A DNA stretch of 62,905 bases, filler included, from Intoshia linei (taxonomy: Eukaryota > Animalia > Orthonectida), in assembly GCA_001642005.1 (NCBI GenBank). It is 8 parts of 8 records of this genome, joined end to end, with 100 filler letters (N's around TTAATTAATTAA, not from the genome) between each part and the next. Parts side by side here need not be neighbours in the genome. Positions count along the whole stretch, not along the records: positions 1 to 21,601 come from LWCA01000638.1; positions 21,702 to 27,807 come from LWCA01001708.1; 6 more parts are not named here. One strand, given 5' to 3'. This document shows positions 13,780 through 26,710 of the stretch, piece after piece (the stretch's first letter is position 1; every line of letters starts with the position of its first letter). The position numbers were made by a program, and so were the translations under genes. The notes beneath the pieces were generated by a model. It saw only the letters and a list, made by a program, of their open reading frames with translations. It searched no databases and was not told the origin of the DNA.

Positions 13780-16700
13780 TTACTCAGTTTCAGAAACTCT
13801 TACGTCACTACCAAATTTAACTAGGTAATTAATTATATCCCTTGGTTGATGTTTCAGAGAATCATGAATATTGACTTATTTTTCAATTGAAATTTAAAGA
13901 TTTTGTTTTAAGTTATATGACTGGAAACTTTGGATTTTCAGTTATGTTTATTGCAGATAAAACGCATATTGTGGCACTTTTATAATATTTATAAATAAAT
14001 AATAACTAGTAAAACTATCACAAATACATTTCAATAATATTTCAAACAAAAAAAATTAGAATAAATACCAATTATGCAGCATTAATTTGTGTAATACAAC
14101 TAAAGCTTGATATCTTATCGATCTATCTTTACTCAACAAGCATTGCATAATCAAAGTTTTCCCTCCAAGTTTATCGATAATCCTTCAAAAATACATTAAA
14201 ACTTATATACATTTGAAATAAAAGATTTATAATGATTGCACTGTGCAACCCATAGTCTGCAACTCTTCATCAAATTTGATAACATTTTTATTAGAAAGGA
14301 CATTCTGGTGTCAAATTTTTTTAAAAATTTAACAATTTTAAAGACACTTAATTCTCAATCTCTGCATTTCTGCAATATTAAGAATAATTCGCAATAAAAA
14401 TATTTAACAATAACTATTGATGTGAGGTTGGCCATTTTATATTGATGTTTTACATGTAAATACACTACTATGTAGATGCGCAAGAATCCCCTTTATTTTT
14501 TAATATGGGTGACACCCGAAAGGAAATATTTTTTGATTTGAAACCAAAAATAGACTACACATTTTAAAATATAGTATACAATTTCTTTTAAAGACAAATT
14601 TTTTCAAAAAAAATGTCAATAGATGGAAAAACGATAAAGCTACCAATAAAACTATTTGATATTACAAAGCTTTCCACCCTGCATTATATCAAAAAATACA
14701 TTAAAATTACGATTTTCCCCTTGGAAAATGACTGACATACTGACCAATGTCATGAATTGCAATTACAACAGTTGTAGAATCTTCACTGACTTCAATTAAT
14801 TTCACCAATATTCTAAAATAAAACAAACATAATAATGCGTCGAAATTGATTTAGAAATGTATACTTGAGAAGTTTATAGTTTTGCTCATGCAATCTCAAA
14901 ACATTTTCAGTCCAAAAATTTTTCGACTTGTGAGGAGGACTCCAATAAAGTTGAGACGATTCGAGCTCTGAAGCATACTCTTCAAAGGAACTACAATTGT
15001 GATTTTAAAATTAAAATCCTTCAATACCTCAAATTCTCCATTTCTTTGCATATAAAGTCATTCATAAACGTTACATCTTCCTTATATTCAATGTCATGTA
15101 TTCCTTTTGTTTCTAGAGATTCAATTTTTTTGATAAAATCGTTTCGAATCATTGAAAATACAATTTGTTGTAATTCACTATCTTTATTTAGGTTATTTAT
15201 TATGTTCTATATTAAAATTTATCAAAATGTCAAATATCCATCTAAACAATTATTTCTATAGTCGATTCACAAAGAATGTTGTAAACTTCAAAAATAATAT
15301 AAAAATTTATTAGAATTTGTCTTTTAAAATTCTAGCACACTTAGTTTCCTTATTTTTTTTAAAAAAGGTAATTTACATTTTTAAACGTGAAGATGCTAAT
15401 TTTTGACAGTGATATTTATTGTATTTGCTAAGCCGGAAAAAACTGAGTTGAAATTTGTGTTTTTTAAATTTTTAGGATTGTTATTTTTTTAAATACATGA
15501 TGTATATGCCTAAACAGATAGACACGCATTTTTACCTACTTTCACTTCACATAAGTAAAGATATTGACCAAATACTCTAATTTTACATCAAAAGATTATT
15601 CATGGTACATTATTTTATTATAATGTACATTGTACAACATAATAAACGTATTAAAATGTAATATGTAAATAATTACTCTAAAAGTAGCAAAAATCATTCT
15701 AGCAACTTTTTCCTTTGTACTTTCACGAACAATTTGACACATGATATTAACCACATCAAGACTACAATACAAAATAAAGTAAAAAATGTAAATTAAAAAT
15801 TAAACGAAATAATATAAGAACAATATTCTTGTTTGAAGGAAATGAGCCATAAGCAAAAGGTCAATTGATATTGTAATTGATAAGATTTCATATTCAATAA
15901 AATGGAACTAATTCTAGATAAAAATTGATTTGTTGCATAATTAATTGGCGTTGAATAAATATTACATGGCAAATCCACCCTTTTTGTGAAAAACTGTGCA
16001 ATATTCGTCAATTTTCAGGAGAGACTGAAGACATCTAATAGAAACGCCGGTAAATGGGGTTACCTATATAAGTATAACTTAATATATTAATGAATACTAC
16101 ATTGCTGAGAGCATCAATTAAATAGGAAAAGTAATAAAAAATATCTTCTTGATTAAGTAAATTTGGATTAAATAATAATAAAATTTTTGTGATAATTTGA
16201 CTACACTAAATTTATATTGATAGCATAATTCAACTAGATACTTGATTAGTTATAAATTTATCACTTCGTGTGAGGAGTTTTAAAAGAGGTCCAAAATCGG
16301 AATTGAATTTAGATTTCATAATTTCCATAAATATAACATAAACATTGTAAGGTAAATCCTAAATCATTATAATTATTATTATTTTATAAATATACAGTCC
16401 GACCCAATTTAAGGCAAACCTCGGCAGCGAAGCGCCGTTTGGGGCACTTTTTCAATATCGCGTTACTTTCAGTGTATTTTGTATACTATTTCCTACAAAT
16501 TAGTGTCAAATACACCTCGTTTTGAGGCATTTAATTTTTTTACAAAAATTAAATTACATACATAAAACGAATCTAAACGAAAACTGTCTAATGTATGCAA
16601 CGAGTATTGGAACAATATTTCGAATATAAAAAAGGAAATTGTACCACTTTTGAGTAATCAAGTGAGGAATGTTAATTTTGATGTAGCTATACCGTCAACA

Positions 16701-19083
16701 AGCAGATGTAATTATTTTTTTCTTTTTATTTTGAAGATAATTCAAGATTTTTATAACCAAATTGTATTAAGAATACTATGAATGTAGAAAACAAGAAAAA
16801 TAGTTTTTTTAAAAGAAAAAAATAATATAACCGGTTATTTTAATATAGTTAATATAATTTTTCATCACATTTATATACATTTAAAATATTATGAATATAC
16901 AAAGGTTTTATTGTCTTGTCTCAATATTCCTACCTTTCTCAAAATTTCAATTTTATTTATACATTTTTCAATACTATAAAAGTCTTATTGTATTATGGTA
17001 AATTTTTTTTGATGTACCTCATCAACGAATCATTATCAATTTTTTTAATCTGATTAAATAATATCATTGTTCCATAAATTGAATAGCTAAAAGAATTTTA
17101 TCATTACCCTTAGTTTTGGGGAACCCGCTTTTTGAAACATTTTTCAAAAAAGGTGACCCAAACGGGGTTATACTGTAGAATCTACAGTATAGATTTTTCT
17201 TTTGGGATCGGATTAAATGATTTTTTCTTTATGGGTTGGTAAAATTAGGTTTTTTCTTTTGGAATTAGATAAAGTGATTTTTATTCTAACAGTTCGTTAA
17301 AATTAGATTTTTCAAAAAAATATTGACAAAAGGGGATTTTTTCCTTAAGGGTTTGTAAAGTTTTGGTTTTTTCTCTTAAGACATTACTAAACTGCATGAT
17401 GAATGAAATATGCTGAAAATTTTAGATTGGCCCAGAATCATTTAAAATTTTCGTATTCACTCCTTGGGGTGACCAGTCACCTCATGAGAAGCACTGCTGT
17501 AGATAGTAAAATCGTTACTTATATCGGTTTCATATCCAATGATTCATATACGCATCATTCAAAATTTTCAAAATAATCGAATGGTTTATATAGAACGTCT
17601 ACTAAAAAAAATAGAAATACTGAAATCCAACCATCTTTTACTTACATAAAAATGAATGTCTGTGTGTAACCATTTATTCAAAAAAATTGACAGTCGCACG
17701 ATTTTAAAAAACCCAATTTCTACTGCAGTTTTTTCTAGAGCGTATTTTTATCTATTTTTCAGTTTGAGAATTTAACAGTCAAAAACTCAATTTCCCTTTT
17801 TGTTTAAAAAAAATCAGCCCCAAAATTTAATAAAACATATTCTGGGACGCTTAACTTTTAAAATCATTAACATTGTCGTTAATATCAGCCTCAAAAACGC
17901 ATATCTTTATGGTCAAAACCACAAATTACACTTTGTTTTAAAAATGAACACGTAAAAATAAAACACGTCCTAAAATTTTTTTAAACATAACTTCTGGTAA
18001 TCATAAATACTATCATAAATTGAAATCTCAAAAACAATAATTTTAACGATCATAACCCACATCACCATTTTTCTTTAAAATGAAAACAGCCCTAGAATTT
18101 AAAAAAAATTACAGATGGTACAGTTTTATTATGTTAAAACACACAAAAAATTTCAATCTGAATAAGTAACCCCTTGACGATCAAAAAAGTCCTTTAATAT
18201 TCATTTTTTTATTTCGAAACTATTTTATTAAAACAAAAAATTTGAAATAATGAATGGTTTAAATTAAAAAAAAAGATTATTCTGATAGAGTTTATTCCAT
18301 TTGATATAAATACAAAATTTCAACTCCAGAAGTCTATGCATTCCCGGTGAAAAATAATTTTTAAGATATTATCAACCAATATTTTTTAAATATATTAAAA
18401 TTAAAAATTAAAAAGTAAAATAATCATCCTACAATTTCAAAAAAAAATGTGCATTGAACGTCTATATATTTCCAATAAATAAATATGGGTGGAAATCTAT
18501 ATAATTGATTCCTTCGGATGTTTTCATTTCTACGCATATTTTGATTCTCAAATTCTCATTTTCAAAACATTATGTTAACATATTGTAAAAAATATAATTA
18601 AAAATTTTGATATAGATACCAATTGTGAAGTATGTGGGAACCGCTCTATATAAAAGTATGTACTTTTAAAAGGTCATCGAGAATGGTTAAAATGTATTGT
18701 ATAGTTTGATCCTTAGACATTCTGGAGACCAGAGCCAACATGACTGATGTACATTTGTCCAAATTTTCAACCAAATGACGATTTCGATTGTGTACAGGCA
18801 AAACAGATATTTCTTGCATTACTTTAAATTCATAATGCGAGATCATTTCGGCTCTAAACACATTTTGTATTCACAATAAAAATTAAACTCTCAAAAAATA
18901 AAAAAAAAAAAACAATTTTACTCATAATAAGAATGCCAATTAATTCTACACCGTCGAACATCAATAGCCATTTTTTCAATTTCATTTGTAACGATAGAAT
19001 AATCTACAATTATCACTTGATTATTTCCAAACAACTTAAAAACCTATGTTAAAATTTTGAGAATTTAAAGATAATCTATCCAT
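13780..19083 (-). CDS. ATP6V1H: V-type proton ATPase subunit H, multi-exon
   Basis: Exons give VRRCRINWHSY, SKDQTIQYILTILDDLL, YQLQYQLTFCLWLISF, KEKVARMIFATFR, LYWSPPHKSKNFWTEN, AIHDIGQYVSHFPRGK and IIDKLGGKTLIMQ..VLHKLMLHNW. The terminal exon (13780-13840) is tentative. Confidence 0.92.
16395..17175. mobile_element. Tc1/pogo-type non-autonomous element in ATP6V1H intron
   Basis: TA|CAGT...ACTG|TA termini; subterminal inverted motif ccgtttggggcac / gtgacccaaacgg. Confidence 0.5.
17634..18570 (+). mobile_element. Older Helitron subfamily copy in ATP6V1H intron
   Basis: A|TCTTTTACTTACATAA 5' end; internal homology to the Helitron family; similar to 62085-62840 (-). Confidence 0.6.
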
Positions 19084-19459
19084 TATTGTGGCAATAAATA
19101 AATAATCAATATACAATGTACTTGCTATATGGAAACTGTTTTTTATATATACAGTAAACACGTACACTAACAGTTTTAATTTATTTTTTTATAATCCGGA
19201 CCTGTATTCTTTCAATTCTATTGCAAGAAATGTTTTTAAAATAAAATTTCAATAATCATAAAGAAAAAAACCATTTAAAATAGGAAAGATGACTGTTAAA
19301 TTAAACAACAATTAACAAATAATAAAAATTGTAACCTGTGAAAGTTACAACACATTCTCAATCCCAGACACAAAAATAAACATGTTATTTTTTTAAAATT
19401 TAATATAAATAAATTTCCTGAAATACACTTTATTGTAAATTTAAATTTCAGAGTTAAAA

Positions 19460-20078
19460 ATGTTTTTGAAAATTTTGACCAATTTAAAATTACCTCAAGC
19501 TAGACTTGGATTTTACGTTTCTAAACTAAATTGTAATTTTATAAAAATTAATTAGTAACAATGAATTAGTTTCATCTACAAACACTGACCCTCAGAAATT
19601 AGCGCACAGCGAAAAAGTTGATGTGATGATATTATTTGGAAAATTTAACAAAATTCAATTGTTTCTATCTTCTTCTGTGATTGTATCTCTACTCGGTCTC
19701 AACCTATATAATTATTTTTATGACATTCAAACAGGATACAATTTTAATGAATCAATTGTACCTTATGCTACTATATTGGGAGTCGGAATACCCACATTCA
19801 TTGGCGTGTTATTTTCTTATCGTATAAATGGATTTTCTCGAAATGCAATACATTCCATGAATATTGATTCCAATAAGAATATTATTTTGAAGTATATCAC
19901 ATTTTTTGGAAGAAAAAAACAAATCTCAACAAGGCCTATTAATATTAATATAGAGCATGTCGAAAAACGTTGCCAAATTGTTCATATTAACGATTCATAT
20001 TTTAAAAAAAATTTCTTTGTCAATATGATTGGATGGAAAATTGATAATCAAAAATTGTTTGAAAAATATTTTCATTAA
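19460..20078 (+). CDS. TMEM70/186/223-family mitochondrial inner-membrane protein (TMEM186-like)
   Basis: Basic presequence-like N-terminus MFLKILTNLKLPQARLG, one short intron, two hydrophobic helices, then IILKYITFFGRKK and a C-terminal KIDNQKLFEKYF resembling this family. Confidence 0.55.
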
Positions 20079-20455
20079 AAAATTTTTTTCACCTTGCTTT
20101 ATAATTATTGTACAATGGAGCCTCCTCTATTCTACAAAATGGTAAATTAAAAATTTAAAGAACACTGTTGACCATTTTAGGGTACATCACGATATACATA
20201 CATCTTTTCTATATTACAATACATTTCATTATATTTTTTTCAATTTTTTTAAAAATTTTTGGCGAATAACGCAGTTTTATATGAAAATCACAAAAACTAA
20301 AAATAAACATTTTTTAAGCTAATAGTGAAGGCTGCAGTGTTATATTTTTATATTATTTCTTTTCAATGGGTGGAATCATTTTTATACACGTTATTTTATC
20401 TCTAAGTTTTATTCAAATTACAATTCGTTTAGATACAAATTCTACCAGAGAATGA

Positions 20456-20763
20456 TTACCATGCTTCGGTATATCGAACATCACATTCTATTAATCCACT
20501 CAATTTTTTCTAAATTATTTTTTTAAAAAATTTATGTAAATATTTTACTAATAATATATTGTGCATTAGAGCTGTTAGTCCGGTGCTGTTTAAATTTAGT
20601 ATTTTGAGATTCTTTAACTCTTTTATAAAATGTAAATTTTAAGAAATAATAAAATACCTGTAATGTGTTTAATTCCTTTATCGGTAATGGATGTCTCGCA
20701 TAAATTCAACACCACTAGGGACGTCAACGTCTCAGCAATAATCTTTAATCCAGTGTCGTCAAA
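20456..20763 (-). CDS. CMIP: c-Maf-inducing protein, last three exons (20658-20763, 20549-20619, 20456-20509); 5' part not in this contig
   Basis: Spliced FDDTGLKIIAETLTSLVVLNLCETSITDKGIKHITELKNLKILNLNSTGL...DVRYTEAW* matches the CMIP LRR C-terminus (VLNLCETPVTD...DVRYTEAW); intron phases are consistent. Confidence 0.88.
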
Positions 20764-20934
20764 CTAAAAAGCATTTTATAAACGAAATAAATTTCAATCA
20801 ATTTGATATTAATATTTATAAACCACTTAACCACAGTCGAGAGTACAGTACCAGAAACACTTTTCGGTGCCTCGACAAAAATTTAGGGCAAATAGCGAAC
20901 ATTTTTTGAAATTGAGTGTTTAAATATATAAAAA

Positions 20935-21601
20935 CTAGCTTGACTGTTATGTACTACGTACAAACAGTACCTAGCTCTGCCTATGGTAAATTTTTATTAT
21001 ACCAAAAAAATAAATTAATGTTGAAAATCTAATTAAAAATCCTACTATTCACTATTATCAATCCTTTAAAGGAGTGGTTCCCAAATTTGTTTAAGATAAG
21101 ACCATCATATCAGATTACTTTAAAGTGAATTATTCCATCTTAATTTTTTGTTTGTTAACATTTGCGTTAAGAATTTTAAAAACAATTGTTATCCCATGAT
21201 GAGTCATCACTGATGACATATATTCAGTACCAATTTAATAAATACGTAAAATACCAATTGTATCAATAATTAACTGAATCTTCAATTTATAAACATATCA
21301 GTCGAATTTTACTATTATTGCAAAGGATTGTAATATAAAAATGATATTAACAAAGTTTTTTAGTTTCGTTGTTAGTTTCTTATCTACATCTGAATGTTTT
21401 AATAAAAATGTTTTGAAAATGACAATTTGAAATTTAAAAATTGCGTAGCAATGAAAAAAATTCCAAAGAAATAAATTATATAAATTTTCACCCATATGTC
21501 TTTATTGGAAATGTGTAAACGTACAATGAACATTTCTTTTGAAATTTTAGGATCAATATTTACATTTTCAATTTTTGATTTTAATCGAAATATTTGAAAA
21601 A
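20935..21601 (-). mobile_element. Helitron copy, 3' end intact, cut by gap
   Basis: Hairpin plus CTAG|T terminus at 20935; homologous to 31839-32700. Confidence 0.78.
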
Positions 21602-21701
21602 NNNNNNNNNNNNNNNNNNNNNNNNNNNNNNNNNNNNNNNNNNNNTTAATTAATTAANNNNNNNNNNNNNNNNNNNNNNNNNNNNNNNNNNNNNNNNNNN
21701 N
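21602..21701. other. Artificial gap spacer (also ~27808, 36741, 44958, 46597, 49673, 59986)
   Basis: Identical N-run / TTAATTAATTAA / N-run blocks of 100 nt; the linker has stop codons in all six frames. Confidence 0.95.
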
Positions 21702-21884
21702 TCAGCTAGTAAATGTATTCGTCGACACTGGAATGTGAAATCAAAACCTATGAAGATAGCATTTACTAATGAGGTATCAGAACGCGCTCTTGCACAAATG
21801 GAAATCTTAAGAACAACAGTTCGAATTGATCAAAAATTAGAGTTAAAACTTTTGTCAAAATTCAATAAATTACCAAATTATTAA
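21702..21884 (+). pseudogene. Open-frame 3' tail, possibly a hAT-type transposase C-terminus
   Basis: 60-codon open frame from the gap edge containing FTNEVSERA, similar to the N..AER motif of the hAT dimerisation region. Confidence 0.35.
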
Positions 21885-22423
21885 AATATGCTATTACAAT
21901 TTGTATTATTTATTTATCTCTATTCTTGTGAGGTTATCCCACAGTGGCTTTTAGCACTACTCTTCTCTATTCTCCGTTAAAAATGAATATGGGTCTACCA
22001 GGGTAAAAAAGTATTATATCTCTTTTCTCTCTAGAGGTCATTATTTATACTATCTAAATACAAATTGTAGTAGCATATTTTACATTTAAATACATAAATT
22101 TATTTTTTATATCTTAAAATATTTACTATTTTTTTCACATTAACAATGATACCATTTTCATGTCAAAAATACGTATTTAATAGTCATTTTACCTTATTTA
22201 AATATTATTTAAATGTATATAGGTATAACTACATGAACAATAATAAAGTTCTTTTGTCATGTTTTTAACAACAACATTTTTAATAAACATACGTATGTTA
22301 CAATTAAAATGTTCAATGTGTACTATCTTTAATATAGTGCAATAAAATTGTTAGAAAATAAGCAAATTGTTTGAGTAAAAGTAATAATTTAGTTTAAATT
22401 GTATAATTTTTTAATGTGAACAA

Positions 22424-22495
22424 GGGGGTATAGCTCAGCGGTAGAGCATTCGACTGCAGATCGAGAGGTCCCTGGTTCAATTCCTGGTACCCCCT
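22424..22495 (+). tRNA. tRNA-Cys (GCA)
   Basis: GGGGGTA/TACCCCC acceptor stem, D-arm TAGCTCAGCGGTAGAGC, anticodon arm TTCGA-CTGCAGA-TCGAG, GGTTCAA T-loop, U discriminator, followed by an oligo-T Pol III terminator. Confidence 0.96.
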
Positions 22496-23229
22496 TTTTT
22501 TTAATTTCAATAAAATCTCGAATTTAATCTTAAGTTGTCAGTTATAGACTATATAGACTGATACGGATTTTAAAATCATAAACATTATGATAAATTTAAA
22601 TTTAAAAAAATTATATCTTTAGGGCCAAAATTCCAAATTACATTTAATTTATACATTTATTATTACATTATTACATCAATAAATTTGCATTTCATAATAA
22701 TAAATAACCATATAAAGAAAATTTTTACTGTATTTTCTTTAATGTTAGATTTACTAAAACGGTAATGTGAGTTTGACGGTGAAGATATAAATTTCACAGA
22801 TCAATTCAAACATGATTCGGTGTACGGAAAAAACACTATAAATTGTGATTTTGTATAAATTTAATATTATTTTTTGATATAAAATTAAACAAACTATATA
22901 ATTCATTCAATACATTATTATATAATGTATTACAGACAATGTACAATACAGATACTCAGGTAAACAGATATTCAATTATATAGACATGTAAATAAAGATA
23001 ACAGAGCGTAAAAATGTAAAAATAAAAAATGATGAGAATCTCTTAATTACAAAAATTTTGGGTTCATTAAACATTTATTATTATAATGTCAAACATGTGA
23101 TTTTTAAAGCTAAACCAGACGTATTAATAAAACATTATTCTGTCACAATTGAAAAAAATTAAAATATTATCAATTATAAATGTGAAGTATTTCACATGAT
23201 ATAATGTGTTAAATTTTCAAATTTATTAT

Positions 23230-25600
23230 GAATGCAGTACAAATTTCAAACTAAAGTAAAGTTTGTATATTACACACACTTTTAGAAAAGGGTCGGCTGT
23301 ATCAAATAGGTAAAATTTATATCTTCGTTTCATATACAAATGTACCTTGGTCTCGCTGTTAAAATAACATTTTCCTAAAAAATATTGTTAATTATATAAT
23401 TATGACAAATACTGTATTTTCTACACAATTTAGCAGTTTAATAATTCGTCAATGGTCAATATAGCCATACGTTTTCTGGGAAATTTTTTATTTTTTAAAA
23501 TATGTTATTATGACTTAACAGGGGGGACCAAAGTATGATACATTTTCTAAAATCAATTAATGATATTATAAGTGTTTTCTATGGTTACGTTTTATGTATT
23601 TTGCCAATTTCTGTATTACAAATAAAAGTACATCTAACCAAACTGTCTACTGTAATAGAATATTCCGTTTTCATGTAGCAATGCGCATTAATCGGTTATC
23701 ATTTTTTTATTTTTCAATGATCTATCAATAAAAAAAATGTGCCCATGAATTTTGAGAAAAAAATAAAATATTATTGAATATATTAATTCTTTTAATGAAT
23801 GATAAATAAATACTATAGTGTCATATTTCGAAGCCTCCATGTACAGCGAAATTCGGTCGATAATATCGTCAAAAATTTGGGTCTAAAGTTTAGACTCTAA
23901 ACTTAAAACGATTAATAAAATACGATTTCATCTCGACTGTAGTTGTTGTTGTCGTCATAATATACAGAAAAATTATGTAAACAAGATATTTTATTAAAAA
24001 ACATTAAATGTAACAAAAACTTTTTAACCTTAGTAAAGAATGTACCAAAATTTTGTTAATATTTAAACAAGAATTATTTTGTTTGATATCATTATAAAGT
24101 CGTCTAAAAAGAAGATAATATTGTCGATTACCTTTATAGTTGATAATAAAATGTTCACTAACGGTAATGATTAATTTTTTGTACACATCTTTTGCATCTG
24201 GAGAATTTCTTTTACATGTAGGTACAATTTGTCGAAATGTAATGGAATTTATAACGATTATTTCATTATGATCATCTCTAAATGAAACAGATATTTCAGT
24301 TGTTTCATCAATATTGGGTCTATTTAATGAGGGTAATATTACTTCATTGTTATAATTTTTAACATGTGGTAATTTTTGATATTTTAAATTTTGTTTAATT
24401 TTAACATGATCCAATCTTTCATTTATAATTTGTCTTTTTGTATCAACTAATTTTTTAATTCGTATGTTTGATAATAATTTAATAATTTCACTCCATTCAT
24501 TTGATGTTACTTCATCTCCGAAATCACTTCCATCAGATGATTTTATTTTTGAATTTTCTAAAGATTTAATATATAAAATAAAATTATATGCATAATTTTT
24601 TATATACAGTTAATAAAATTCGCGAAAATCCTCTGAAATAAATTTTCTCTCTACAATTGACATTATTATTTACATTATGTTAATCATCCACATTTTATTT
24701 TATTTATTACTTATATATATATACATTACATAGTATATATTATTTACTTATATATTACTTAATTATCACTATTATTAATTATTACTTATTTATCTATTAT
24801 TCAAAATTCTGTAGAAATCTACCTACCGTTTATAACAAGTCAAAAGAAAAATTGTTTTATAATTGACGTAAATTTACCGGAAATGTATGAAGTACGGTTT
24901 AAAGATAATAAATCTGGTTTTATTTGTGATACGTTTGTTTGTATATTTTCAAAGCATCTTTTAGATTTGATATTGATAATATTGGATTGATTTTCTGAAT
25001 ATACATATTTTTTTTTTGATTGATTTTCTCTATACACATTGTTTGATTTTGCATAATTTTCTTTAAAATTTTTATTTTGCTTATGATTTTTAATCTTATT
25101 TTTTTCGTCAACTACATTTCTATTTTTTACATTTACAATTTCATGTACTTTAATCGGTACAATTTGATTTTTACTTTTCCAAATTTTTTGGCGTATTGAT
25201 TTAGGTTTAATTTTATAAATTATGGCTGAAATTTGAATAGATTTAGCATATCTATATTTGTCTGATATTTCAGAGATGTAGCGTTGCACAGAATCAAAAA
25301 TACCAGGATTTCTATTTGGATTTAATTTTTTCTGTTTTTTATTTCTTGAATGAAATTGAATATTATTTGGGTAATTTGCATAGTTATAATAAACTTTCTT
25401 TGGATTTTGATAAATTATTATCCTGCCAATTGGTACCTTGTTTTTTTGCATGTTTAACTAATATGTTTATTTCTCCAAAAAAACATTTTAAATTAACAAA
25501 CTTATTTTCCATATAAGACAATTTAATGTCAAAATTGTTTTGAAATAATCCACAAAATTTATATGCACTATTTATATTGTATAATTATATTGTTGCGTTA
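23230..25600 (-). CDS. Orphan multi-exon protein (basic, Asn/Lys-rich); boundaries uncertain
   Basis: Long open frames at 24840-25451 and 24004-24560 plus smaller exon-like segments (e.g. TQIFDDIIDRISLYMEASKYDTI near 23820-23885) with GT/AG flanks; no recognised domain. Confidence 0.4.
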
Positions 25601-26189
25601 AGAATCTTGTCAAAAAATTGTTGTTCCAAATAATTATGTCATTTTGCACATAATAAATAGTTTATACTACTTTTTAAATTAAACCGTATTAATAGATTAC
25701 TATTGCAAGTGATTTATATACATATTCAATTTATTATATATGCTATTGTTTCATTCATTTAATTATATTCATTAACCTTCTTAATCAATTAGAAGATGTA
25801 ATCACTTTAATTTTTAACTAAATTATTATATCAGTTTAATGAACTGTGACATGAAATATTTATACATCAAATATTCAGACTTTATATTCATTTGAACCAG
25901 GTTATTTTATGAAATTATACATGATACATATATAAATTTTTTTAAAACTGTGGATAAAAAAAATAATTAACAAAAAGTATCCAAGATGTCTTTTACAAGA
26001 CATAAGTATATGATGCAGTCTACCAAATTATATAAAACATTAAAAGGAACAGTTAGGGTAAATAGTATACTATTTATTGGTTATAGGGGTAAATAAAACC
26101 AGACCAAACGCATAAAGATCGTTATAGGATTACATTATTTTAATTTATTATTTTTTTTTGGAACTATCTATTAGTCATCACTTAGATAC

Positions 26190-26710
26190 CAGGGAAAAAT
26201 TGATTTTTACCGACAATTTTTTTTAAAATCCGATTTTATGAAAAAAATCCATTCAATCAAATCACTAAATATAAAATCTAATTTTATCAACCCTTAATAG
26301 AAAAATATCCCTTTTTCCAATATTTTTTTGAAAAACACGATTTTACCAAATCTTATGAGAAAAACCTCTTATTCCAACCACAAAATAAAACTAAAATATT
26401 ATCAACGCTTAAGGGAAATATCCTCTTTTTCCAATATTATTTTATAAACAATTAAAACCGATTTTAATAAATCTTATGAACAACAACTTTCTAATCCATA
26501 ACCCAAATAAAAAATTAAATTTTACCAACTCTCGATAACAAATCCTCTTTTTCCAATATATTTTTAAAAAACACGATTTTACTAAATCCGATGATTAAAA
26601 ACCTTTAATTTTTTCATAAATATTTTACATTTCATGTTTCCCTTAGGTTCCAAAAAAATAAATATTTTAAAATGAGGGTCCGTACACTATTTGAACTGTG
26701 AACTACTGCA
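26190..26710 (+). repeat. Dispersed MITE-like family with ~32-bp internal tandem subrepeats
   Basis: Repeated ttttaccaac..ttaagggaaaaatc units and terminal gggtccgtacactatttgaa; copies at ~9100-9270, 9550-9600, 17190-17390 and 30335-30620 (-). Confidence 0.6.

Noticed and set aside
17520-17600. Possible extra ATP6V1H exon
   Set aside because: Stops occur in all frames, and the flanking exons already join collinearly with known subunit H.
20100-20450. Splice-like structure suggesting an extra small gene
   Set aside because: No convincing open spliced frame; best explained as the convergent 3' UTRs of the TMEM186-like gene and CMIP.
21646-21657. Recurrent TTAATTAATTAA motif within N-runs
   Set aside because: Identical in all seven gaps; an artificial six-frame-stop linker, not biology.
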